A stretch of 59,239 bases of DNA, filler included, from Porpidia crustulata (Eukaryota): NCBI GenBank assembly GCA_964255105.1. It is 8 parts of 8 records of this genome, joined end to end, with 100 filler letters (N's around TTAATTAATTAA, not from the genome) between each part and the next. Parts side by side here need not be neighbours in the genome. Positions count along the whole stretch, not along the records: positions 7,430 to 14,756 come from CAXUWE010001353.1; positions 14,857 to 22,183 come from CAXUWE010001354.1; positions 22,284 to 29,607 come from CAXUWE010001355.1; 5 more parts are not named here. One strand, given 5' to 3'. The notes below the pieces were generated by a model. It did not search any database. It saw only the letters and a list, made by a program, of their open reading frames with translations, and was not told the DNA's origin. A program made the position numbers and the translations under genes. This document shows, one piece after another, positions 11,517 through 22,673 of this stretch. Position 1 is the stretch's first letter. Each line of letters begins with the position of its first letter.

Positions 11517-13611
11517 TGAATTTCGGTTTTGGCTTTGCGGTCGGTTGACTTGGGATTCCTGTTCACCTGGAATCAGCTGATAGAACCCCAGGATATGAGC
11601 TGATGCAATGAACTTTATAGCTTGCCATTGTCTGACAGAAGTAATTCTCTTGCCTCAGACACCAGTCCTGCGGATCTGAAGAGCCGAAAGTATCAAGCCT
11701 GACGCCGCTCGAGAAAATCGTCGAGGGCTCAAGAGCTCAAATAGTGATAGGCTTGCTAACGGCAGTGGGTGGCCTTTAGGTGGCTAGAAATGTAAGTTCT
11801 GTTTTGGAGAGTATAATATAGTACTGGAGCGATGCAATTATGGTGTGTCTATGAATTTGGTGGAGTCTGGTCACGAAAGCAAGAAAAAAAAAAGGCTACA
11901 TGCACCCCGTAGGCTGTAACGAGTTGGGGGTGGGGCGCAGCCTGAAACCGTCAGATCAGCAATTGTGCTTCTTTGGGATCAAGGGCGTCCACATAGAGCC
12001 TGGATGTACATGGCGTATGATGTTTGTAAAGAAAGACTCAAAGCAGTAAACAAACCAGTTGCGGCACGATGAAGTGAAAAGAAAAGAATTGATCGAGGGT
12101 TGATGCTTGGGGAGGGCCAAAGAAGAAGCTGGCTGCGGGGATAATAATTCTGGACCAGGGCGAGCCGACGTTAGCGCAAACGTATATTGATCATCAGGAC
12201 ACTACTCTCAGATAAAGTACCGTAATCAATCCATCACGAGTGCTATGTGCTATTGACAAAACTTGATTTATTCCCTTCCTTTAAAGACCGCGATCATGAT
12301 CATCTGCGGGATATCTAACTTGATACCGGCCAGATTTGACCTCTGGTACTTTCCAACATTTCTTGCAGTACAATATAAGTCAAATCGCAAGTCAGCTCCA
12401 GTCCTGTACCGTGTCCAACCAACGTGTACCTGAATGATCAAGTACCACCTAGTGTCCAAGCTTCCCAATCATGCTTGAACCTGCCTTAACCTTAGCCACT
12501 AAACTACCACCCCCGCCTGATCCTCGTCCAATCCAGATTGCGTCGTGCGGCCTATCCGTCCTGTCAAATGGCTGTCGAGGATCATGTCTGCGGTTCGTTG
12601 ATCCGACCCAGGCTCTGCTCGGAGACGCAGATGAGCTCTGCAGGCGTTTCCGCGAACAAGCTAAAGCTCAACGCCGAAAGCCAATAAGACCTGATGTCCG
12701 CCGAGAACACGCTCATTCCCGATTCCCTGTATAATATTGGCTATCATTCGGAGGTCGGGTCTCTTCCACACTCCACAGCCAAATTCTCAAGCCCCTTTGA
12801 CGCTGATCCCGATAAGGTAAGAGGTACCTACCCTTACTATCTTAGAGTAGTAGAACAGCATAATCGTAATTCGTAAATGGACGGGGATTGCGCCTTTGAT
12901 GCAAGTCATGCGCCATTCAAGCCACGTTTTCGTGGGAACCACAGATCAGCCGTCTTTGCTCAGATGGTACTACCAACTCGCGTCTTCTCCCAAAGAGGGT
13001 TTGCTTATGCTTACTATCTCGAGGCTCGCAGGCGACGAATAATTGCTGCCCCAAAATTCCATCCACCTTTGCAATTTGGCCCCAGCCGGTGTCCTCTCTT
13101 ACTCATTTTGCAAGGCAACAGCGTAAGCCTGATTGTGCCTCAATCGAAATATATCACTCCTTTTTGAGTTTGAAGCAACGATCCACTTCCAAATTAGGGT
13201 TGTAGTCCCCGTTCCCGCTCTTACAAACAATCATGAATTCGCAGTCTTTCGGACTCGGACGTCCGCCCTCGTTTCTTGATGAAAAATGCTTCAGTATACT
13301 GGAGAAGTGCGCTCTGAGATCCATTTTCTAAATTGCGTCACATCATAGCCAGCTCCCAGGATTGCAGAATCTGTAGGCCATACCTGCTGCTCAATCCTTC
13401 CAGTGTATGAGAAAAGTAAAAGCTCGCATTTGTGGTTGTGGCTGTTATGACAATTCGATGATCCTCTATTCGCCTCCCGACCACACGATCAGGCCTTGAT
13501 ATTCTGTGTAGCCCACCTCCTGCTGCTAGCCCTCTATAAAAGTCTAGCCTTAGAGAGGTTTTGTCCAGACTCATGAGTCCGATACTACTGTTATGGGATT
13601 TGTTGAAAGCA

Positions 13612-13685
13612 TACTCAGACTGGTTTTTAGGGCTTAGGCGGGAATTCTCGCTTCGGTGTTCGAAGATTAAAAACCAGCCCGAGTA
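13612..13685. repeat. 74-bp inverted-repeat element (18-bp arms) with TA at both ends; MITE-like or structured RNA
   Basis: TACTCAGACTGGTTTTTA (13612-13629) versus TAAAAACCAGCCCGAGTA (13668-13685): 16/18 complementary, and both differences are transitions. Confidence 0.7.
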
Positions 13686-14635
13686 GATGTCTTTTTTTGG
13701 AAGTACGGAGGGATTTCTCAATTTGACCTTTTAATTCATGTACCTCTGCCATTTAAAAGGCAGGAAGGTGCTGGTCGAACGCTGAAATACACTAAGAAAT
13801 CCTATTGCAGAGAGTTGTCGTTATTGCAAAATTGAGTCTGGGGATGGTAAACAAGCAATAGAGACTTTATTCCCAACTTCGACGAGCGAGAATATTTCAC
13901 ACTGGCAAACCGGCACCCTGCCGACGAATGGTTCAAGCAACGCGTTGCTACAAGACAGTAGAAGGATGAAACTGTATACAATTTATAGAGCGTGCGAGCA
14001 GTGAAGATTGGAGGTTCGAAACAGGACATCAGCCTGATCATTTCTGCTAAGCTTGGATTTCCGTTTCACAAACTTGTTGTGTCTCGTGTTTTTGGGAAAG
14101 GTCATGATGTGGTAAGGAAAAGAGAACTAAATGACTTTTCGACGAAAGTTCTGGTCGTCAATATTATCTAGCCGGAAAGTACTGGAATTCATCATTATCA
14201 CAAAGCGTAAGTTCATCGTATCTAATCTCTCTTAACTTCGATCAGCAGTGCGTCAACGGTGAGATCAAGCTACAAAGGCTCTATTTACGTCGTAGGCGGA
14301 TCGAGTTACAGGAATCATTGGAATCCGGCCCATCAGGCTGAAGGCGTAGAGAATGCAGAAAGCGGAAGGGGGGCAGTATCATAAATTGAGTAGAGCATAA
14401 GGATATCCAGATATTTGCTGAATTTGAAACGCTAGTTATGGTTCCTGCAACGTCTCCAAACAGATCCATGCACCTGAATGTGAAATATCTAGAGTGGATA
14501 CATAATTGAAGTAAAATCCAAGCACCAACTTTTCCAGCCCTTGACCTGCCCACCCTTGTCACTCCAATCCACTCGAATTATTTCCCGCTACCCTCACAAT
14601 CTCCATTGCCCAAACCAACGCCGGCCCCTAACACA

Positions 14636-14756
14636 ATGGAAGCAGAACCCTACCAAAAAGTTGGCCGCGGCGGCGCTGGCAATTTCTACACCCAAAAAGA
14701 TATCGACGACGCCGCCCGCCGCATTGCATCCGTGCCTATTCCCCACCCCCACAAAC
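14636..14756 (+). CDS. GRGGAGN-motif protein (DUF3602/Par32-like), 3'-truncated
   Basis: MEAEPYQKVGRGGAGNFY runs into the contig end. Confidence 0.65.
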
Positions 14757-14856
14757 NNNNNNNNNNNNNNNNNNNNNNNNNNNNNNNNNNNNNNNNNNNN
14801 TTAATTAATTAANNNNNNNNNNNNNNNNNNNNNNNNNNNNNNNNNNNNNNNNNNNN
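14757..14856. other. Artificial contig spacer
   Basis: 44N-TTAATTAATTAA-44N. Confidence 0.99.
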
Positions 14857-17019
14857 CGGGTTTGGGGTGTGCACGGGACCGGAACGTGCACGGGCCCGGG
14901 AATACTCCTATGTAGTTAGGTCCAAATGCTTGTGAGGCATCAAATCCACGTATTCCCTCCCACCCTCTCAATTTCTCCCATACAGCACCAAGATACTTTG
15001 GTTGTCATTTACAGCTTCCAGAAGAATCTCGAGCAGTCTATATTGGACCGTGTTAAAATATGAACGGCGAACACGTTCTCGCTGATCACTTCTGTTGGAG
15101 ATGGCAGCCAGCACGACGTCCATAGTCGTCAGGTCCTTTGGCTTTGCTCCTCGGCCTTTGGAAAGACACATTATCGCCGCTTTAGCATGCCACATATTCT
15201 GAGTCATATTGTGAAAGGAAGAATATTTACAAGACCCCTCATTGTATAGCCTGGCGACATAAGCACCAAAACACTTGTATGGCTGGCAGTTGATGCTGCA
15301 AATGCACAAGACTTATTGATGCTGAGCCACGTCCTGGTATCGTCGAGCTTACATCCCTAGGGATGTCATAGTCTTGATAGTAGAGAGATTACGAGTCTTT
15401 GTGGTACATGGCTAGAGAAGGCAACTGGACGTGACGAGTCTATTGATATTCGCCAGCTTTATCACTCACTCCGCCAACAAGTATCGACCAGTTGACCATA
15501 CGCGAGTCCCACATACGCGTATTCTAAGAAACGTTCAGTAATAGTACTAGACCATACAGTCAAACGGTAAGTATACAGGCTCAAAGTTTTTGACAAGCAA
15601 TGGCCGGTTTGGTAGGTCACTAGACATATACTGCACGCCATATGGTACATCTCAAGGAATTCTGTGACAGCAACAGTGCTGGACTGACCACCTGTAGTAT
15701 GGCACTGTTGACTGAAGTAAGTGACTCATACGTAGGAGACACTGCTGGTCGTGACTGTGAGGAGAACGAGGTGATACCGAAGGTCCTAGCATGAGTACGA
15801 GAACGCTGAAGAGCTTCAATCACGGTGTGACTGTTGCAAATCAGTCACATCGCCAGATTCTGGATCAATCTCAGCAGCCTTTGCATTAGGGCTTATCCCA
15901 CAAAGAGAGACAGCAGCTAGCGTTGCAACATGACGGCTGAATTGCATAACAAGCAATTCTCTGTCACTGATTGGAAATGGAGAACAAAGCCAGCCATTGA
16001 GCAATCTCTCAGCCTTTGGGATGAAGCAAGATACAATGATTGATGGCACTTGTAGATTGGACAGCGCTTGGATCTAGGATGATGAGGAGCAGATTCCATA
16101 GAGGATTTTTCCTGTTCTTTTTGGAGACATAGCCAGACGAGGATGACAGAGAATGGTGAATTGGACGAACGAGTGACCAGACCTTCTAATTGTAGCAGGA
16201 GTAAGATGGACTAGTGTAACAGTCTCGTCAATGCATACACGGAGTGGACGAGGAAGCGGGCAGTAGCTGAAAGGCATCGGCTGTTCGATGATCGTAGAGC
16301 TAGATAATTTGCTATTGAGACTGATAAAACCCTCGGAGAATCTACTCAGCGTTTAGGGTACTAGTTCACCTCTTGCACGGCGGAAAGCCAATCCGTCCAG
16401 GCGTCCTGGCGGTCCCAAGGTCGGTTTTGATAATTGCATGCGGTTGGAATTGGAGTCTAGAAGAGGGAGACTTATTACTGCAGGCGCTCGCGGACCGCCC
16501 AGCTTTGGTTGGACCCTCTTCGAAGTCGCTTGTACAGCCCGCTACAAACTTCCCTAGGCCTACTACCACTCATCGATCAAAGTATCTACACATGCACAAG
16601 AGTGACAAGCCACTGTCGGGCTCGACCGAACCTGTTCTTGGCACTTCCCCTTAACTCCTAGGCACGCTTGCTGACGATACAAGGCCAACAGTCCTCATGA
16701 CCAGCATAAGATGGCATGATGCCCTATCCAGCGTTTGTAAGAAGGAAAAGGCCGTCGGTGTAGCTTCAATTCTTGGCATGAACGCCATGTCTCTTCAACT
16801 TTCGAATCAAAATCTTCTCTCAGACCTTCTCTTGCGTGGCGTTATGTACCAGAACTGCATGTAATTTCAGCTTTCAAATCTACGGGACTCATCATGTCTG
16901 CTTAGAGTATCTTGAGGTCTATAAAATGGTCGACGTCGAACGCATAATGTGTCCCATAAGGCATTCAAATTTCCAGATTTCCTTAACCAAGTCAGACCTC
17001 TTGAAAATTCACTTCCACA

Positions 17020-17924
17020 ATGCATTTCTCAAACTGCCTTTCAAGTTCGATAATTACTCTCCTCGTAAAGCACGCAGTAGCAAGCCCTCTTGAAGTCGCC
17101 CAGCCGGCTGAAGGAGTTCTTGAAAAGCGACTTTACTGCACCACGGATGGTTTGTACAACAAACTTATACAAAATCGCGCGTCAGCGACCCCTTTCTGCG
17201 TCGGCTTTGGCCATATTGCCATTCCAACGGTTACGCTTCCTGTTCAGAATGTCAAGCCTACAATGTGAGTCTGGCGTTCGATCACAACAATCATTGTGGG
17301 TTCCACTAATCATGCTTACATGGTGAACTTTAGTACAACCACAACTACATACCTGTACAAGAGCTACTACCCCAACGGCCGCTACCTCGAGTCCATTGCT
17401 TTACCGTCCTATATCACTGGATATTCTGCCACACGCGTCTCCAGTGCCTGCTCCTGCCTCGTCACCGGAGCCACTTCGACTGTGTTAGCGAGTCCCATAA
17501 TGGTAGGCTCCTTTCCCCCGAAAATAATCTTGGATACCACAAGTTGACTATGATCGTGCAGACGACAACCACCACCATAACCTCTGACGTGACCCTTACC
17601 GGACCGTGTGCAACGAATCCGACACATACAGGCGCCTATTCCGTTACACAAGCTGCCCCCTCAGAGTCCATTCTCAATCGAGGGCCGTATGACCCATACA
17701 CATGCTGTGAAGAGTGTGGCTATCAGATCCTTGGCGGCTGCGTCGCTTGGGCCAACGTTCCTGGTGTAAGCTGCACCCTCCTCGAAGGCCCAACTATCTA
17801 CAGAGGCGCTCGTTGCCCCAACGGGCCTTTGAATGGTGCTATCGACGTCAATTTGGCAAAGTATCCAGATGGGTTGGGTGGCTCGGGCCCTTGTGCGGGG
17901 ACCGTACAGGTCATCAAACCATGA
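17020..17924 (+). CDS. Secreted Cys/Thr-rich protein; introns about 17266-17333 and 17503-17562
   Basis: Signal peptide, Kex2-like LEKR, SATPFC and SSACSCL motifs, Thr-rich linker and a C-terminal Cys-rich domain (CCEEC..C..C..C..GPC). GT-AG introns join three ORFs. Confidence 0.8.
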
Positions 17925-18395
17925 TAAAGCAATGCACTGCTTGTAGTTGTGCAGATGCGATCATGAGGGATGGGAGATGATGGGGAGAACACAAGGCTCG
18001 GGAGAAGAACAGCAGCGCACAGGATTCAGGAAATATTAGGATCAGTCGACATCACATAGGGATTTAGATGAGCGAATACAATGTGATGTACCAAAAAGGG
18101 CAAGCGTTCTAAATTTCAGGATTGAGATGGATGATGATTTGTCACCCGTGTCACCCAGTAACTGTATCTAGTCCACTCTACTCGCGCTTATCGATAAGAA
18201 ACCGCGGACGATTCACTAAAGGGTGGCCGAGCTTACACACACATAAGTTGTCATTCCGTCGAGGTCAAAGTAGGTGATCGATCCTTCATCTACAAAACCT
18301 GCATAATTACGTGACTCTTTCAGCTAGTCTAAAGCCGAAGGACCTAACCCGAACAAACACTCGGAAAGGCATCAAGAAGAAATCGGAATCCGACT

Positions 18396-20425
18396 ATGGT
18401 ATTAGCAAAGTCGAAAAATGCTGTGGGATTGGGAAACAGTCTTATGAATGACCGCTTTGGAAGAGGTAAAGGTGCAGATCGCAAAAAGGTCTCGGCAGGA
18501 ATACATAGAACTGATCCCGATGGCTCGACTGTATGGAATACCTACTTCGAACATGATCGTGAGCTGATTGAGCTGTCTAGTATGTCACAAACGCCCCCAA
18601 AGAAGCCGCATGGGTCAAGATGCGCAGTGTTACGGAACAACCTGCTCTCGATGAATTTCTCAGCACAGCAGAATTGGCTGGGACGGATTTCACGGCCGAG
18701 AAGCTGAACAATGTCAAGGTCATTCATACCGATCAGCGAAATCCTTACCTACTGTCGGCGGCGGAGGAGAGATCGGCGTTCAGAAAACAAGCTGCCAATA
18801 AAAACCGCCTGACTGTTCCAAGGCGGCCTGCATGGGATGAAAGAACCACGCCTCCAGAATTGGACAAGAAGGAAAGGGCTAGTTTACTAGAGTGGCGGAG
18901 GGGACTTGCCGAGTTGCAGGAAACCGACGATCTGCTGATGACACCCTTTGAGAGAAATATCGAGGTCTGGAGACAGTTGTGGAGAGTTATTGAAAGATCC
19001 GATCTGGTGGTGCAGATTGTTGATGCAAGAAATCCTCTTTTGTTTAGGTCAGAAGATCTTGAGAACTACGTCAAGGAAGTGAATCCAAAGAAAAACAACC
19101 TACTTCTGGTTAATAAGGCGGATATGATGACTTTCCGGCAAAGGCAGGCATGGGCAGACTATTTTGAGAAATCTGGAGTCAATTACAAGTTCTTTTCGGC
19201 ATCACTCGCGAAAGCGATGAACGAAGCCATGGATCTAGAAGAGGTAACGGGAGCAGAATTTTCATCAATTGCAGGGGAAGATGTGGAAGAGGTCGTAGAT
19301 CATGATGAAGACAAGCTTACTGAGGAAGCTAAGAAGATTAAGATTCAAGATCTTAAAGAGGACGAGGAGCAATGGGCAAGCGAAGAGGAGCTTGACGAAA
19401 AGGTGGACCAGCAAACGCGGATTCTAAGCGTTGATGAGCTTGAAGCTCTGTTCCTCGAGAACGCGCCAGAAGTCGAGAACACAAATTCCGAATACCCTCG
19501 TAAAACACAAATCGGCTTGGTGGGATATCCTAATGTCGGCAAATCTTCAACCATCAATGCTTTAATAGGCGCCAAGAAAGTATCAGTGTCGTCCACGCCA
19601 GGAAAGACGAAGCATTTTCAAACCATCCACCTTAGTCCGGAAGTAATACTCTGCGATTGTCCAGGTTTGGTGTTCCCCAACTTTGCCACAACAAAAGCCG
19701 AGCTTGTCTGCAACGGTATCCTTCCAATCGATCAACTCCGAGAGTTCTCCGGTCCTGCCGGCCTTGTAGCTCAACGTATCCCTCAAAGCTTTTTCGAGGC
19801 AATGTACGGTGTCAAAGTGCACACCCGGCCGCTGGAAGAAGGTGGCACTGGAATACCAACCGCAGAAGAAATGTTAATCGCTTATGCTGTAGCCAGAGGA
19901 TTCACTAAGACAGGACAAGGGCAACCTGATGAATCGAGAGCAGCCAGATATATACTGAAGGACTACGTTAGTGGCAAATTGCTTTTCTGCATACCACCTC
20001 CCAGTGACCCCCCTATTGACCCTCGTGAGTTCAATCGTGAGCTTTATGACATCGATCACCTCCCACAGAAGCGGCGGGCAGTGCTAGAAGCACAGGCCGA
20101 AGGCTCCATTGGCGGCTCAGAAGAACCATCGTTGATGGACGATTCAGAATTAGTGCCTTTACCGCACGTTCAAGGGGAGAAGTCCACGAGACTTGATAGG
20201 CGATTTTTTGGGCCAGGGCAACCCAATGGTCACTTGACTATGCCCTTCAATCATCAGTACAGCGAGCAGGGTATCGCTTCCGGGAGGCAGTTGACAGGCA
20301 GGAAGCAAAGAGCAATGATTGCTTTGGAGAGGAATGTTGACCCAAGTGAGGTGAAACTGGGGAATGGAAAGAAGCACTTCAAGGGTGGACGGAAGAAGAT
20401 GAAGTCAACGATGGAAGATGTATGA
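18396..20425 (+). CDS. LSG1: Large subunit GTPase 1; intron 18530-18580
   Basis: MVLAKSKNAVGLG, TPFERNIEVWRQLWRVIERSD, NKAD, GYPNVGKSS, TPGKTKHFQT, DCPG (circularly permuted GTPase). Confidence 0.97.
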
Positions 20426-20745
20426 GCTATATGTGGGAGTTACTTACCATCAGAGTTGTGGCTTTGATGTGCATAGAGCTCTGAAAGCTTTATGAGTGTC
20501 ATATTTACCTAATAATGTGACAATTTCGCAATTGCACTCCATCGACTGCCCGTTGAAGCTCGTGGTCCGTCGCAGGGGGTGGAGTTAACGAACGGCTTCT
20601 CTGAAGGTTGACAGCCGAGGCATCTTTGACGTTTTGTGGGGTAGACGAGATGCAAGTAATAATTCGAGCATTATTTCCTCCATGCAATATGTGAGAGTAT
20701 TCAAGCTCCTACTATCTCATACAATCCTTTTAGATCACAGCAATC

Positions 20746-22183
20746 ATGTCAAAAAGTGACCTTAGTCAAAACCTGCTTGCAAGCAGTAAAAACCCTCAAA
20801 CCGCTGCTGAGAAGATCCCCATTATTGCCCGTTTTGCCGTCAGTGATCGAGCGAAGGAGACCCTCAACCTAGTGAAAACTTATACATTTCTCTCTTCGGG
20901 GACTCTTGTTGATGTCTTATGCAGGTCGAAAAATTCGTCGAGGAAGAATGCATTCCAGCAGATACTCTCTTCCACTCCCAGCTTGGTGAAGGTGAAAAGA
21001 GATGGAGCACATACCCACCCATTATCGATCACCTCAAGGAGAGAGCCAAAAAGATAGGACTGTGGAACTTGTTCTTGCCCAAGAATCATTTCAAGGAGGG
21101 TGCTGGTTTTTCGAATCTGGAATATGGATTAATGGCGGAGTACATGGGCAAATCGCGCACTGCTTCAGAGGTGAGTCTCTAAGACGCCAAGTAAAGCCTG
21201 TAGGTGGATATTTATTGTGAGTCAAGGCGACGAATTGTGCCGCGCCAGATACTGGCAATATGGAGGTAATAGCAAAGTATGGCAATGACGCACAGAAGAG
21301 GGAATGGTTGGCCCCGTTACTGGATGGCAAGATCAGGTCTGCCTTTCTCATGACCGAACCTGATGTTGCTTCGAGTGACGCAACAAATATCACCATGACC
21401 ATGAAGAGGGATCGTAATGAATACGTTCTTAATGGATCGGTTTGTAGTCTCGATCCCAACAATATCAAATACATATTTACAACATCTACAGAAATGGTGG
21501 AGCTCTGGCGCTGGCGATCCTCGCTGCAAGGTCTATATCGTGATGGGGAAATCATCCCCTAATAACCCAGATGTTTACAAGCAACAATCCGTCATGCTCG
21601 TCGCGGCTGGTACCCCGGGCGTCACTGTTGAGCGCGTGCTTTCAGTCTACGGCTACGACGATGCGCCTCACGGCCATGCCCAGATAAGATTCGACAATGT
21701 GCGCGTACCAGCATCGAATATGGTCTTGGGCGAGGGTCGCGGATTTGAGATCATCCAGGGAAGACTCGGCCCAGGCAGAATCCATCACGCCATGCGGAGT
21801 ATCGGAGCAGCGGAGAAAGCAATGGACTGGATGCTAGCGCGAGTCAACGACGAGAAAAAGAAACCCTTCGGCAAGACCCTCAATAAACACGGCGTGATCC
21901 TCGAATGGATCGCCAAATCCCGCCTCGAAATCGACGCCGCCCGCCTCATCGTCCTCAACGCCGCCATCAAAATCGACGAGTCCAACGCTAAAGGCGCCCT
22001 CAAAGAAATCGCCGAGGCCAAAGTCTTGGTGCCTCAAATGGCCTTGACGGTCATCGACCGCGCAGTGCAAAGCTACGGCGGCGCGGGCGTGTGTCAGGAT
22101 ACGCCGCTGGCGAACATGTGGGCGCAGATCCGGACGCTGAGGATCGCGGACGGGCCGGACGAGGTGCACTTGCAGCAGATGGG
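20746..22183 (+). CDS. Acyl-CoA dehydrogenase (ACAD10/11-like), 3'-truncated; introns about 20872-20924, 21170-21226 and 21440-21491
   Basis: [68 protein letters not shown]. Confidence 0.95.
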
Positions 22184-22283
22184 NNNNNNNNNNNNNNNNN
22201 NNNNNNNNNNNNNNNNNNNNNNNNNNNTTAATTAATTAANNNNNNNNNNNNNNNNNNNNNNNNNNNNNNNNNNNNNNNNNNNN
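22184..22283. other. Artificial contig spacer
   Basis: 44N-TTAATTAATTAA-44N. Confidence 0.99.
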
Positions 22284-22480
22284 CTTCATAGCCCTAGGCT
22301 GCATAAGCACGTAAAAATGAAGTAATAAAAAAAAATTATTATTAAGTAACACCGTGCTTTATAGCCCTAGGCTGCATAAGCACGTAAAAATGAAGTAATA
22401 AAAAAAATTATTATTAAGTAACACCGTGCTTTATAGCCCTAGGCTGTATAAACACGTAAAAATGAAGGAAAAAAAAAATA
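22284..22480. repeat. AT-rich tandem repeat, 72-73 bp unit, about 2.5 copies visible
   Basis: ATAGCCCTAGGCTG(C/T)ATAA.CACGTAAAAATGAAG starts at 22288, 22361 and 22433. The array runs into the contig start. Confidence 0.92.
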
Positions 22481-22673
22481 ATTCGTGTAAATTCTTTTTA
22501 ATCAGTGACACGTCGTGCATAAAGTAAATAATAATAAATATTTCGAAAAGTAATACATAGTTTAACTTATTACGATATATATTATTTTACTTCTTCACTG
22601 TATGTTACTACGTTCTGGATCGAAAAGACGTAAAGATTATTCAATTGAACTTAAATCGTGAGTGTGCGAGTTC

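Noticed and set aside
13745..13770. Minus-strand TGCCTTTTA resembling U5 snRNA loop 1
   Set aside because: Reads GCCUUUUAA, not GCCUUUUAC, and the GCC is paired in the stem rather than exposed in the loop.
14968..16277. Chain of short minus-strand ORFs that might be a decayed gene or transposon
   Set aside because: No transposase, RT or other motif recognised in the frames I translated.
18187..18198. CTTATCGATAAG palindrome (double GATA) upstream of LSG1
   Set aside because: Plausible promoter element, but short and common, with no further support.
22284..22480. Tandem array as a possible CRISPR
   Set aside because: Whole units repeat with no unique spacers, the context is eukaryotic and there are no cas genes.
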